A stretch of 64,000 nucleotides of DNA from an uncultured Phycisphaeraceae bacterium. GTDB lineage: Bacteria; Planctomycetota; Phycisphaerae; UBA1845. The notes beneath the pieces were generated by a model. The model was given only the letters and a program-made list of their open reading frames with translations. It was not told the DNA's origin and did no database searches. Below are positions 36,869 to 46,520 of the stretch, piece by piece. Both the position numbers and the translations under genes were made by a program. Numbering within the stretch: the first letter of the stretch is position 1; each line of letters opens with the position of its first letter. The stretch lies in the NCBI GenBank assembly GCA_964574815.1, contig CAZNPL010000025.1, positions 12,054-76,053 of the forward strand, read 5' to 3'.

Positions 36869-38371
36869 ATGAAGACAAGGTACGCAGTCTATTGGGGCAG
36901 CCTGGCGGCGATACTCGCCTTGGCAACAACCGCGACCGGCCAACCTGTTCCGTGTCGAGGACATTATTATGAGCGAGTAGACATCACAGGTTACCCGAGC
37001 GCTGGCATCACGTGGACCGAGGCAGCCATCGCTGCCGAAAGCCGAGAATTCCTTGGCGTTCAAGGCCATCTCGCGACCATCACATCCGCCCTTGAGAATA
37101 ATCACTGCCTGGCAACTGTACTTGCGTCGGCGCCGTATTGCGATGCCTACTGGATCGGGGGGTTCCAGGATACCAACGCGCCGGACTATTCGGAGCCGTC
37201 CGGCGGTTGGCGATGGACAACTGGCGAGGCGTGGGATTACACCAATTGGGCGCCGGGTGAGCCCAATAACACGTCTCCGGGCACCGAGGAATACCTCTGT
37301 ATGTACCCAGGCTGTCACCCCGATTCCGGTTCCTGGAACGACGAGTACGACCTCTCACTCCCGGGTTACGTGGTCGAGTACGATACGCCGCCGTGTGACG
37401 CCGAGTACCGCAACGAGTTCGACGACGTAAATGGTTGGAACCTGGCGCGAGGCGCCGGCGGTCTCTACAACATCGAGGACGGATGGGCCATCATCGAGGA
37501 CTCACCCGACATTGGTACCGCCTACAGCGAGTCCGCCGAGGGGCAACACGACCTGATCGGGCCATGCGGCTCCGGTACCCGGTGGGAATGGCGAACCAGA
37601 AACGCCGGCTGGATCACGGGTCACGATCCCAGCTACGGCTCCAAGAGCCTCTACTTCACGCCGACGGGAACCTCCATCCCCGCCGACGAGCAAGACCCGC
37701 CCGAAAACGGTCTATACGTCCGTCAGGTGGCGCACGACTGCGACGGGGGAGACTCCGTCTTCGTTCGCACGCAGGCTTGGATCACGTCGGGCGGGACCGT
37801 GCTCTGGCAGGCGAGTGAGGACATGACACTCGACACGTCGGCGCTCGGGGAAAACACCGTTTTCCTCTCGCAACTCGACATCAGCGCCGCCGGATATGTG
37901 ATCTATCGCGTACTTGTGGACGAGGGTTCGCTGGTGAGCGACGGAGTCGTTTCTGCCAAACTGGAGTCGGACGCCGCGCTCGACGTCGGGCAACTCTACA
38001 CCATATCCCTTGGCACGTCGCACGGTCACACCGGCTTCGATTATGTGCGATACTTCTGTGCAACGTGCTGCGGAAAGTTCCCGACAACTCAGGTCACGTG
38101 CGACGACATGTCCGTGTGCACCTGCGACGAACCGGCCGGAGAGTTCTGTACGCATGCTCCGAGGGCTTACGGTGACGTCAACTGCGACGGAGCTATCAAT
38201 ATCTTTGATATCTTTTGCGTACTCGATGTCGTCGGAGGAGACCTGACGGATTGCACAACGCTCGACGCTGACATCCACCCATGCGAGGGCAACGGAGCAG
38301 TCAATGTCTTGGACGCGTTCGCAGTCCTCGACGCCATCGCCGGCCACGACCCCTGCTGCGGCGATCCGTAA
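36869..38371 (+). CDS. Secreted C-type lectin domain protein with a C-terminal Cys-rich dockerin-like module.
   Basis: GGAGG RBS plus signal peptide. CTLD blocks CDAYWIGGFQD...WRWTTGEAWDYTNWAPGEPNN...EEYLCMY...WNDEYD, including the EPN and WND Ca/mannose-type motifs. The C-terminal module YGDVNCDGAINIFDIF...DIHPCEGNGAVNVLDAFAVLDAIAGHDPCCGDP. Confidence 0.7.
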   Translation: MKTRYAVYWGSLAAILALATTATGQPVPCRGHYYERVDITGYPSAGITWTEAAIAAESREFLGVQGHLATITSALENNHCLATVLASAPYCDAYWIGGFQDTNAPDYSEPSGGWRWTTGEAWDYTNWAPGEPNNTSPGTEEYLCMYPGCHPDSGSWNDEYDLSLPGYVVEYDTPPCDAEYRNEFDDVNGWNLARGAGGLYNIEDGWAIIEDSPDIGTAYSESAEGQHDLIGPCGSGTRWEWRTRNAGWITGHDPSYGSKSLYFTPTGTSIPADEQDPPENGLYVRQVAHDCDGGDSVFVRTQAWITSGGTVLWQASEDMTLDTSALGENTVFLSQLDISAAGYVIYRVLVDEGSLVSDGVVSAKLESDAALDVGQLYTISLGTSHGHTGFDYVRYFCATCCGKFPTTQVTCDDMSVCTCDEPAGEFCTHAPRAYGDVNCDGAINIFDIFCVLDVVGGDLTDCTTLDADIHPCEGNGAVNVLDAFAVLDAIAGHDPCCGDP

Positions 38372-38422
38372 CACAATATCGGCTTTCCACCGAACCACCG
38401 CACCCATGTGTGTCGGGTAAAG

Positions 38423-38447
38423 GCCGGCGGGCTTCGCGCCTGCCGGC
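38423..38447. terminator. Probable bidirectional rho-independent terminator between the convergent lectin gene and the acyl-CoA dehydrogenase gene.
   Basis: GC-rich stem gccggcgggc / gcctgccggc with a 5-nt loop (one mismatch). Confidence 0.35.
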
Positions 38448-38465
38448 TGCTCACTCATTGTAATC

Positions 38466-40217
38466 TCAGGACGTAGCCACGAGCGGGCCGGCTAGCGTCT
38501 CGAATTCGCGCAGTGCCGAAACGTCGCCGCTGCAGACCAGCTCCAGGTCGCTGCGCAGCTTGGGTAGACTTGTTTCGATGAACCTCCGGGCCACGTGGCG
38601 CTTGCGCTCGTTTGCTTCGGCCTGGGCGAGCAGGAGGTGGCCGATCACGATGACCGACGCCGCGTCCACCATGCGTCGGCCCTGAAGGTCCATGTACTCG
38701 ACGCCACGCTCCTTGATGAAAGCAGCGCCTTCCAGCACGCGATCCTTCCCCTCAACCAGCTTCTGTTTCAGCCCGTTCAGCTCCTCGTCGAGGTACTCGC
38801 GGCCTTCAAACTGCGCGACGCAGCTTTCGAACGTCCCGCCGCACACGCCGCGCACCGCGGCCACGATCTGAAGCTGGCTGGTCCCCTCGTAAATCGTTGT
38901 GATTCGAGCGTCCCGCAAATGACGCTCCACCGGATAATCCGTCATGTATCCCGAGCCGCCAAGCACCTGAATCGCGTCATTCGCCACGCGGACGCACATC
39001 TCCGAGGCGTAATACTTGCTCATCGGCGTCAGCATGCCGTTGAGCCGCTTGAGCGTTCGCCCCTCCTTCTTGCGACGCTTCGCCTCATCCTTGTCCAGGT
39101 CGGGCTTCTCCTCCATCACGCGGAGGTTGTTGTTCTCCAGATCGCACACCCGCGCCGTCTCGCACACCAGCGCGCGGGTGGCCTCGATGGCGATCCGCAT
39201 GTCCGCGACCATCTCGGCCACCGCCGGCAACCGCTCGATCGGCACGTTGAACTGCTTGCGCGTGTGAGCGTAACGCCGGGCAACACGAAACGCCGCCTCG
39301 GCCACCCCCAACGCCTGGGCCGCCACCCCCAGCCGTGCGCCGTTCATCAGGCTCGAGACGTAGCGAACCAGCCCCATCTGCCGCTCGCCGACCAGCTTGG
39401 CCGGTGTATCGTCGTAAACCAGTTCGCACGTGGGCGATCCGTGAATCCCCAGCTTGCCCTCCAGGTGCCGCACCTTGAGCCGCGGCCCCGGCTCGGCCAG
39501 AAACAGGCTCAACCCCCGCCCGTCCTTGATCTCCGGCTCGCTCCGTGCCAGCGTCAACACGACATCGCCGCACCCATTGGTAATGAATCGCTTCACCCCG
39601 GTAAGCCGCCACTGCCCGTCGTCGTCCTGCCACGCCCGCAAGCCCACCGCCTGCAGATCGCTCCCGGCATCCGGCTCGGTCAGCGCCATCGCCCCGGTCG
39701 CCTGCCCCTCGGCGAAACGCGGCAGATACTCGTCCTTGATCGTCTGATCGGCAAACGCGTTGATCGTCTCCGCGATGCCCTGCAGGCCGAAGAGGTTCAT
39801 CATCGAAGCGTCCGCCCGACTGATAATCTCGATCGCCATCGTGTAGATCACGTTCGGGCAGTGCAGCCCGCCATATCGCCGAGGAAGCGTGAACCCCATC
39901 AAATCCGCCTGGCCTAAAGCCTTCAGGTTCGCCCGCACTTCCTCGGTCAGCGTGACGGTGCCGTCCTCGTTCAGCGTGTGATGCCCCCGATCGACCTCCT
40001 CGGCCCGCGGCGCGATGTTGTTGGCCGCCACGTCCCCGACGATCGACAGAATCCGGCGGTAATTATCCACCGCATCATCGGCATCGGCCGGAGCATACTC
40101 GCCCCCCGGCCCCTCGCTTCGCGTGAAGTCGTCCTCCTGAATCCGCGCGACCTCGCGCAGGTCGATGTGATCCAGCAGAAACTTGAGATCGTCATTATCT
40201 TCGAAGAAGTTGGCCAT
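38466..40217 (-). CDS. Acyl-CoA dehydrogenase (long, about 583 aa).
   Basis: Start MANFFEDNDDL; ACAD middle and C-terminal blocks (GAMALTEPDAGSDL, YASEMCVRVANDAIQVLGGSGYMTDYPVERHLRDARITTIYEGTSQLQ). The track ORF N-terminal extension to 40397 is probably spurious. Confidence 0.8.
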   Translation of the reverse strand: MANFFEDNDDLKFLLDHIDLREVARIQEDDFTRSEGPGGEYAPADADDAVDNYRRILSIVGDVAANNIAPRAEEVDRGHHTLNEDGTVTLTEEVRANLKALGQADLMGFTLPRRYGGLHCPNVIYTMAIEIISRADASMMNLFGLQGIAETINAFADQTIKDEYLPRFAEGQATGAMALTEPDAGSDLQAVGLRAWQDDDGQWRLTGVKRFITNGCGDVVLTLARSEPEIKDGRGLSLFLAEPGPRLKVRHLEGKLGIHGSPTCELVYDDTPAKLVGERQMGLVRYVSSLMNGARLGVAAQALGVAEAAFRVARRYAHTRKQFNVPIERLPAVAEMVADMRIAIEATRALVCETARVCDLENNNLRVMEEKPDLDKDEAKRRKKEGRTLKRLNGMLTPMSKYYASEMCVRVANDAIQVLGGSGYMTDYPVERHLRDARITTIYEGTSQLQIVAAVRGVCGGTFESCVAQFEGREYLDEELNGLKQKLVEGKDRVLEGAAFIKERGVEYMDLQGRRMVDAASVIVIGHLLLAQAEANERKRHVARRFIETSLPKLRSDLELVCSGDVSALREFETLAGPLVATS

Positions 40218-40222
40218 GGTGG

Positions 40223-41251
40223 TTACGCCCGCTCTTTGATGGCCTTGATCATCATCGGAATGACCTTGCCGAGATCGCCGACGATGCCGTAATGGGCAAC
40301 CGAGAAAATCGGCGCCTCCCGGTCCCAGTTGACCGCGATGATCTTCGCCGACTCCTCCATCCCCGCCCGGTGCTGAACCGCGCCGCTGATCCCGCACGCA
40401 ATGTAAAGCGCCGGCCGCACCGTTGTCCCCGTCTGCCCGACCTGGTGCTCCTTACCGATGAACCCGCCGTCCACTGCGGCTCGCGACGCGCCCACGGCCC
40501 CGCCGATCGCCCCCGCCAAATCGTGGATCAACTGGAAATTCTCGCGGCTGCCGATCCCCGCGCCGCCCGCAACGATGGTCCGAGCCGCCTTGAGATTCAC
40601 CTTCCGGCGCTCGCGATGCCGTTCGATCAGCCGCACCGCGTGGTCGAAGTCGTCAAACGCAATCTTCTCTTCGACAATCTGCCCGCTGCGACGGGGATCC
40701 CCGGTCTGCAGCCGCATCACACCCTCGCGAACCGTCGCCATCTGAGGCCAGCGGTCGTAATTGATGATCGTCGCGATGATGTTGCCGCCGAACGCCGGCC
40801 TGATCTGCAACAGCAGGTCCTTGTGAACCCGCTTGGCCTTCTTGTCCTCGTAGTCGCCGATCTCAAGGTCCGTGCAGTCGGCCGTCAGCCCCGCCCGCAT
40901 CTCCGACGCCACCCGCGGCGCGAGATCGCGCCCCAGCGGCGTGGCCCCGTACAGTACGATCTGCGGCTTGTGCTTGGCGATCAGCCGGCACATGACCCGG
41001 GCGTACGGCAGCGTGCGGTAGTGCTCCAACTGCGTGTCGTGCGCATAGTAAACCGTGTCCGCCCCGTGCGCGATCAGCGTGTACGACAGCTCCCGGACGT
41101 TCCAGCCTGGCAGAACGGCCCCCATCGGCACGCCCAGCCGGTCGGCCAGCTCGCGCCCCTTGCCGCATAGCTCCAGCGAGACGTCGTTGAGGCTCTCGTC
41201 CTCCTGCTCCGCGAAGACCCAGACCTCTCCCTGTCGATTCGGTTCAATCAT
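40223..41251 (-). CDS. etfA: Electron transfer flavoprotein alpha subunit.
   Basis: FAD-binding C-terminal domain (TIVAGGAGIGSRENF...PALYIACGISGAVQHRAGM). Start MIEPNRQGEVWVFAEQ. Confidence 0.8.
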   Translation of the reverse strand: MIEPNRQGEVWVFAEQEDESLNDVSLELCGKGRELADRLGVPMGAVLPGWNVRELSYTLIAHGADTVYYAHDTQLEHYRTLPYARVMCRLIAKHKPQIVLYGATPLGRDLAPRVASEMRAGLTADCTDLEIGDYEDKKAKRVHKDLLLQIRPAFGGNIIATIINYDRWPQMATVREGVMRLQTGDPRRSGQIVEEKIAFDDFDHAVRLIERHRERRKVNLKAARTIVAGGAGIGSRENFQLIHDLAGAIGGAVGASRAAVDGGFIGKEHQVGQTGTTVRPALYIACGISGAVQHRAGMEESAKIIAVNWDREAPIFSVAHYGIVGDLGKVIPMMIKAIKERA

Positions 41252-41259
41252 CGCAAACT

Positions 41260-42174
41260 CTAGCCAAGCGTATGATCCACAATGAGATCGTGGATCATCC
41301 CGCGAACGCCCTCCTCGGTCGGCGGGATTTCCGTATAGCCCTCCTTCGTAAGCACCACCGACTGCACGCGATGAACCTTGGTCGGCGAGCCGTTGATGCC
41401 ACACCATTGCAGGTCGGCCTCGATCTCGTCCAACCCCCACTGGTCCATCAGCAGCCCGTTTACCTTGAGGCGCTCGAGCCGGTTCGCACGCTCCGCGTCG
41501 CGATCGTCGTCGTTGGCGTCGGGAAGCGCGGCGACCACGTCGCGTTCCACCTCACCCGCCGTACGCGCCCGCTTGAACCGCATCACGCGCCGCGCCGACG
41601 CCGGCCGCGGCTCGTTGGCGATATCCAGGACCGTCATCAACAGCGGCAGTCGAGTTTCAATGACCTCCCACCCGTTGCCGACATTCCGCCGCACCCGCGC
41701 CGTCGAATCCGCCAACTCCACGAATCGTTCAAAGTAAGTGACCTGCGCGATCCCGAGCTTCTCGGCCAACTGCGGCCCGACCTGGGCCGTGTCGCCGTCG
41801 ATCGCCTGCCGCCCGCACAGCACGAAATCGTAATCGCCGATCGTCTCGATCGCCCGGGAGAGAATGTAGCTGGTCGCCAACGTGTCGCTGCCGGCCGCCC
41901 GCCGATCGTTGATCAAAACCCCCCGGTCCGCACCGCGGTACAGACACTCCCGCAGCACTTCGGCCGCGCCGAGCGGGCCCATCGTGACCACCGTCACGCG
42001 ACCCCCGTGATCGTCGCGTATCTGAAGGGCCGTTTCGAGGGCGTTGAGATCTTCGGGATTGAAAACCGCCGGCAGGGCCGCCCGATTGAGCGTCCCGTCC
42101 GCCTTCATCGCGTCACCGGTCACACGTGCCGTATCCGGGACCTGTTTCACGCAGACAATACAGTGATAGCCCAA
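41260..42174 (-). CDS. etfB: Electron transfer flavoprotein beta subunit.
   Basis: IVCVKQVPD start; DYDFVLCGRQAIDGDTAQVGPQLAEKLG block. Confidence 0.8.
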   Translation of the reverse strand: MGYHCIVCVKQVPDTARVTGDAMKADGTLNRAALPAVFNPEDLNALETALQIRDDHGGRVTVVTMGPLGAAEVLRECLYRGADRGVLINDRRAAGSDTLATSYILSRAIETIGDYDFVLCGRQAIDGDTAQVGPQLAEKLGIAQVTYFERFVELADSTARVRRNVGNGWEVIETRLPLLMTVLDIANEPRPASARRVMRFKRARTAGEVERDVVAALPDANDDDRDAERANRLERLKVNGLLMDQWGLDEIEADLQWCGINGSPTKVHRVQSVVLTKEGYTEIPPTEEGVRGMIHDLIVDHTLG

Positions 42175-42179
42175 CGTTC

Positions 42180-42440
42180 AACTCCGCGCTTTTCCGAGCC
42201 GCGACCGTAAGGGAGCGGAGGGCCGCCGAAACGCAGACTTACCTGCATTCCGTCCGCTGGATTCCGAGTCGAAACCGCCAACGCGCGCCGAAGGGTGCCA
42301 CTGGTCCGCCTCCGGCGGACACGCCAGTTCACGTCAATTCTGAGCTTCAAACACCGGAGCAGGTTCTAGCCAATCCGCCATTTCGCGTCAACCCGTTTGC
42401 CGCTCAACGGCCGCGTAGAATGGCGCCCGCACGCACGGAC
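42180..42440. repeat. Composite REP/MITE-like repeat region.
   Basis: Contains the 27-mer ccgagccgcgaccgtaagggagcggag (42194-42220, also at 57293 and 58756) and GGGTGCCACTGG plus the hairpin ggtccgcctccggcggac. Confidence 0.6.
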
Positions 42441-42646
42441 CAAGTCGCTTCAACGCCGACGCCGCACACTGAGAGCATAGCGGTGAAACGCACAGCGACC
42501 TAAAGAACAAACGCATCTGCCGGATGACTTTAACAGCGATGTCTTGGTGAGGCGATATCTGAGTGACCGCGCCGCCGTCGCGCCTCCTTGCGCAAAGGAC
42601 TCGCCGCCCCCCGACTTCGCCCGGCTCCAGGAACGCCCATTCAATG

Positions 42647-44101
42647 TCATTCCAGGGGGCATGCCTCGACACGCCGTTTCGGAAAATGCTTGTCGAAATG
42701 CGGCAGTCGAGCACGGGGCGCGAGCAATGCGGGCCAGGTCTCGGCCTGCAACTGATTCGCTCGCTGCCACCGGTCCATCGGCGGCCCGAAACTCTCGATC
42801 GTCGAGTCTGACACCTCGTACCGGAGTATCGCCTCCAGGGCGGGATCACCTCCCGCGATGAGCGTCCCTGCCGAGGGGTTTGCCGGCAGATCCGGCGTGA
42901 TCCACGGTCGCGCGTCACGAGGATCAGAGTTCTGCCAGTATAGCTCGGAGATCTCCACGTTGATTCCGCAGTTCGGCAATTCGACGATGCGGGTGTCGCC
43001 AAAGTGATTCGGCGTAGCGCCCGTCGGTGCACCGACGAACGTTGCATGAGTATATCGTTCCAGAACTACGGCCAGTCTCATGGCGGCCGAGTACGTGTCC
43101 GGACCGATGACGACGAAAAACCGGCCCGGGTAATCCACGTGGCCCGTTGCGATCAGCCCCCTGATGACCGGGCCGTTGAGGTTGAGATTACCACCGGAGT
43201 TCTCCCTGATATCCAGCACGAACTTGTCGGGCTTCACGCGTCGCGCAAAATCGTAGACGCTCTTGAAAAACTCAGCGATGGTCGAATCGTCACCGTCTCG
43301 CACTTCGCTGAAACTTACGTACACAAGCTTCTCTTCGGGAAGCCAGGCGCAGGCGTAATTCCCCTCCAGCCGACGGTAAAGTGGCTCCGTCCCGCCCGGG
43401 TTCAGCAGCTTGTCGACATCGACCCAGTCGCCCCGGACCCAGCCGTCGCCGGTTACACCCACAGAAACGCTCGTCTCGGAGCCGTCATGCTCGAGAACCG
43501 AGACGGATACCCGTTCAGGGACCCCTTCCGCGATGCCCAACGCATCCAGCACCAAGACGTTGCGCAAGAGGTCCGCGGCGTCATCCAGCTTGCCGACCTC
43601 GTTCTCGCCGGAAACGTAAGGCAGCACCTTCTCTACGGCCTCGTGGATCGGAGTGCCGGCAAGATGAGTGATCGGCTTCCCGAACAACTCTCGATATTCC
43701 GGATCTCCTGTGCGTACGAACCACCCCTCTTCAAACCGGCGGAAGATGAGCGGCAGCCATTTCCCTCGCAAGGACCGTGGCAGCACCGCCCATTCGGTGT
43801 GACCGTCCCCGACCATGGCGAGGACTCGTTGTAACTCCAGCGCCGCGGCGTGCGGAGAAATCTTCGGAAAGCGCTCCTTGGCTGCGGCTGCAGCGGCGTC
43901 GAACGTTTTCCGCCTGCGTTTGCCATACGGATTCGGGTGGATATCTCGAATGGCGCGCACGAGCGTGTCCACGTCATCGCTCCAGGCGCTGACGCCCTGT
44001 GCCCGCACAGCCTTGACGGAGGAGAACAGCCCGAATAGCACAAGCCCGTAGACGGTTAAAGTCCGGCCAGTCATGCCCACGACCCCTATCGATTCTTCCA
44101 C
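42647..44101 (-). CDS. Secreted S41-family peptidase (tail-specific/C-terminal processing protease-like).
   Basis: Signal peptide; DIRENSGGN motif typical of S41. 484 aa. Confidence 0.6.
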   Translation of the reverse strand: MEESIGVVGMTGRTLTVYGLVLFGLFSSVKAVRAQGVSAWSDDVDTLVRAIRDIHPNPYGKRRRKTFDAAAAAAKERFPKISPHAAALELQRVLAMVGDGHTEWAVLPRSLRGKWLPLIFRRFEEGWFVRTGDPEYRELFGKPITHLAGTPIHEAVEKVLPYVSGENEVGKLDDAADLLRNVLVLDALGIAEGVPERVSVSVLEHDGSETSVSVGVTGDGWVRGDWVDVDKLLNPGGTEPLYRRLEGNYACAWLPEEKLVYVSFSEVRDGDDSTIAEFFKSVYDFARRVKPDKFVLDIRENSGGNLNLNGPVIRGLIATGHVDYPGRFFVVIGPDTYSAAMRLAVVLERYTHATFVGAPTGATPNHFGDTRIVELPNCGINVEISELYWQNSDPRDARPWITPDLPANPSAGTLIAGGDPALEAILRYEVSDSTIESFGPPMDRWQRANQLQAETWPALLAPRARLPHFDKHFPKRRVEACPLE

Positions 44102-44349
44102 AGAGTCAAACCGCTCTAGATGCGACGGCCCTACATCGTGTTCGGCTGAACAGCCGGATTATTTGCGAGACGGACCCGTTCCCTTGGCGGCTGTCACACG
44201 TAACTTCCGCCGTTCTGTCCCCGGGAAACGGACCCCCGCCCGTCGACGCACCGCCGTCAGCCGCTCTCCCGCTTGATCGCCACCCGGACGCCCGATAGAG
44301 TGCCCTCCGCGTGGGACGCGCCCGCGCGCTCTTGCGTGAGGAAGGGGCC

Positions 44350-45615
44350 ATGCAAACGCTCTACGGTACATTGCTTCAGCCGCGATCCGCCGCCGACTGC
44401 GACGTCACGCCTAAAACCGTCGTTCGCATCGACGACGCCGGCAAGATCGCCGAAGTCTCGCCCGACTCGCCACCGGGGGGCGATTTTGCCGGTGGAGAAG
44501 ACCGCTGGATCATCCCGGGGTTTATCGACGCCCACCTGCACCTGCCCCAGTGGGACCAGCGCGGCATCGACGGACTGCCGCTCTTCGACTGGCTCGATCA
44601 GGTGGTCTACCCCGCCGAGGCCCGCCTGAAGGACGCCGACCTCGCCGAACGACTCGCCGACGACTTCGTCACTGGGATGATCGCCAACGGCACCACCACC
44701 GTCGCCGCCTTCGGCAGCCCCTTCTCCGCCGCCACCGAACGCGCCTTTACCGTGTTCCAGCGACGCGGATTCCGCGCCATCTACGGCATGATGCTCAACG
44801 ACGAGAACTGCCCGGCCGAGCTCACCACCCCGACAGACCAGGGGCTCGATGAGGCACGCGAGCTCGCCGCCAAGTGGCACAACGCCAACGACGGGCTGCT
44901 GCGCTACGCCTTCAGCCCCCGGATGGCCACCTGCTGCAGCGAAAAGCTGCTGCGCGGCGTCGCCGCCCTCGCCAACATGCTCGACTGCCACATTCAGACC
45001 CACGTCGCCGAGTCGCACGCGGAAGAGTCCGCCGTCCGCGATCGCTTCCCCGACGCCCTCGACGACGTCGAAGTCTTCGCCCAGATGGGTCTGCTTACCC
45101 CGCGCACCCTCCTGGGCCACGGCGTCTGCCTCACCGACCCCATGCGACAATACGTCGCCGAAACCCGAACCGCCCTGGTCCACTGCCCAACGGCCAACCT
45201 CTTCCTCGAAAGCGGCCTGATGGACTACCTCGCCCATCGAAAGGCCGGCGTCCCCATGGCCCTCGGTAGCAGCATCGCCGCCGGCTTCGAACCCTTCATG
45301 CCCCAGGTCGCCGTGGCCTGCCTCCAGACCGCCAAGGCCCTGAAAGTCCACGCCATTCCCCGCGGCTCGTACCCCGTGCCGACCCCGCCCGAGGCCTGGT
45401 GGCTTATCACGAAGGGGGCCGCCGACGCCCTCGGCCTGGGAGACCGCATCGGATCCATACAGCCCGGCTTCGACGCCGACTGCTTGGTCGTCCGCCCGGA
45501 GCCTTGGCTCGCCGACCTGCCTCCCGAACGCCAGACCGCGGCCCTGCTCTACACCCTGCGCCCCCGCCAGATCGAGCACGTATTCATCGCGGGCCGCCGA
45601 GTCGGGCCCAAGTGA
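44350..45615 (+). CDS. Amidohydrolase-superfamily deaminase (guanine deaminase-like).
   Basis: PGFIDAHLHLPQ HxH metal motif, HVAESHAE, HGV and FDAD aspartate blocks. About 420 aa. The overlapping antisense track ORF 44257..45978 is rejected. Confidence 0.65.
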   Translation: MQTLYGTLLQPRSAADCDVTPKTVVRIDDAGKIAEVSPDSPPGGDFAGGEDRWIIPGFIDAHLHLPQWDQRGIDGLPLFDWLDQVVYPAEARLKDADLAERLADDFVTGMIANGTTTVAAFGSPFSAATERAFTVFQRRGFRAIYGMMLNDENCPAELTTPTDQGLDEARELAAKWHNANDGLLRYAFSPRMATCCSEKLLRGVAALANMLDCHIQTHVAESHAEESAVRDRFPDALDDVEVFAQMGLLTPRTLLGHGVCLTDPMRQYVAETRTALVHCPTANLFLESGLMDYLAHRKAGVPMALGSSIAAGFEPFMPQVAVACLQTAKALKVHAIPRGSYPVPTPPEAWWLITKGAADALGLGDRIGSIQPGFDADCLVVRPEPWLADLPPERQTAALLYTLRPRQIEHVFIAGRRVGPK

Positions 45616-45745
45616 TCGCCGCTCAGCACGGAAAACTTCGCTCGAAAATCGGAAGAAGCCCCCCAAGGTTTTCTCTTGACATCTCTTTTTTGTTGCGTTA
45701 ACGACACAACAGAAAATCTCAGAGTTGTTCGATATTTGACTTGCT

Positions 45746-46444
45746 TTGGACGTAACACGAGATAAACTTCTCACCGAACAACAGGCCGACGCACTGCTTG
45801 CGTACTTGCGAGGAAAGAAAAGGAGTGCTCTCAAAGCCGAACAGACCGCTGCGCAGCTCGACGAGATCATCGTTTCTGCGCTTTTGTTATCAGGATTGCG
45901 CAGTTCGGAGTTCTGCTCGCTCAGGTTGGCTGACGCGGCAATCGACGGCGGTGATCCTGTATTCCTCGTTCGGGGCACGGCAGAACGACAACGAACCGTC
46001 CATTTGCCAAGGCCTCTGGGCCAATTGGTCCAAGGTTACGTGGCCGACCTGCGACCGAATCTGCTGCCCGACGGCGTGGACCCGGACGACCCGCAGCGGC
46101 CGCTCGTGTTTAACGAACGCCGACGCCCGTATGAGCGAACCGGCCTGTATCGGCGCGTCGTGAGAATCCTGACCGAGGCCGGGCTGGGCGACCGTGCGAG
46201 CGTGCAACTGCTGCGGCACACGTACGGCTACCTGGCCTATCTGCGAACAGGAGGCAATCTGCTTTTCGTACAGCGACAACTGGGACACGTGCACCCACGA
46301 ATCACGGCCGCCTACGCGAAGTTCGTGGACGAATCCTATGCCGATCTCGCCGAGCGAATCGTCCCGGAGGACTGGAAGGCGACCGCGGCAGCAAGCACAC
46401 TCGAAGTCCGGCATAAACCGGACTTCGACTGCGAGATCGATTGA
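45746..46444 (+). CDS. Short tyrosine recombinase (phage-integrase catalytic domain, Xer-like).
   Basis: Catalytic residues in order: GLRSSE (Arg), LLRHTYG (RH), QLGHVHPRITAAYAKF (His ... Tyr nucleophile). Preceded by an AT-rich roughly 130-nt intergenic region. Confidence 0.65.
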   Translation: MDVTRDKLLTEQQADALLAYLRGKKRSALKAEQTAAQLDEIIVSALLLSGLRSSEFCSLRLADAAIDGGDPVFLVRGTAERQRTVHLPRPLGQLVQGYVADLRPNLLPDGVDPDDPQRPLVFNERRRPYERTGLYRRVVRILTEAGLGDRASVQLLRHTYGYLAYLRTGGNLLFVQRQLGHVHPRITAAYAKFVDESYADLAERIVPEDWKATAAASTLEVRHKPDFDCEID

Positions 46445-46520
46445 TGAACGGGCCCGACGGGTGGCCCACGTCTTCAGACGTGGGCTCGCGATTACAGAAC
46501 CGCCGGCGTGACCGGAGAAT

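Noticed and set aside
44257-45978. 573-aa minus-strand ORF antisense to the guanine-deaminase-like gene and the recombinase upstream region.
   Set aside because: Gly/Ala/Arg-rich low-complexity translation typical of antisense frames in high-GC DNA. The sense strand encodes a well-supported amidohydrolase.
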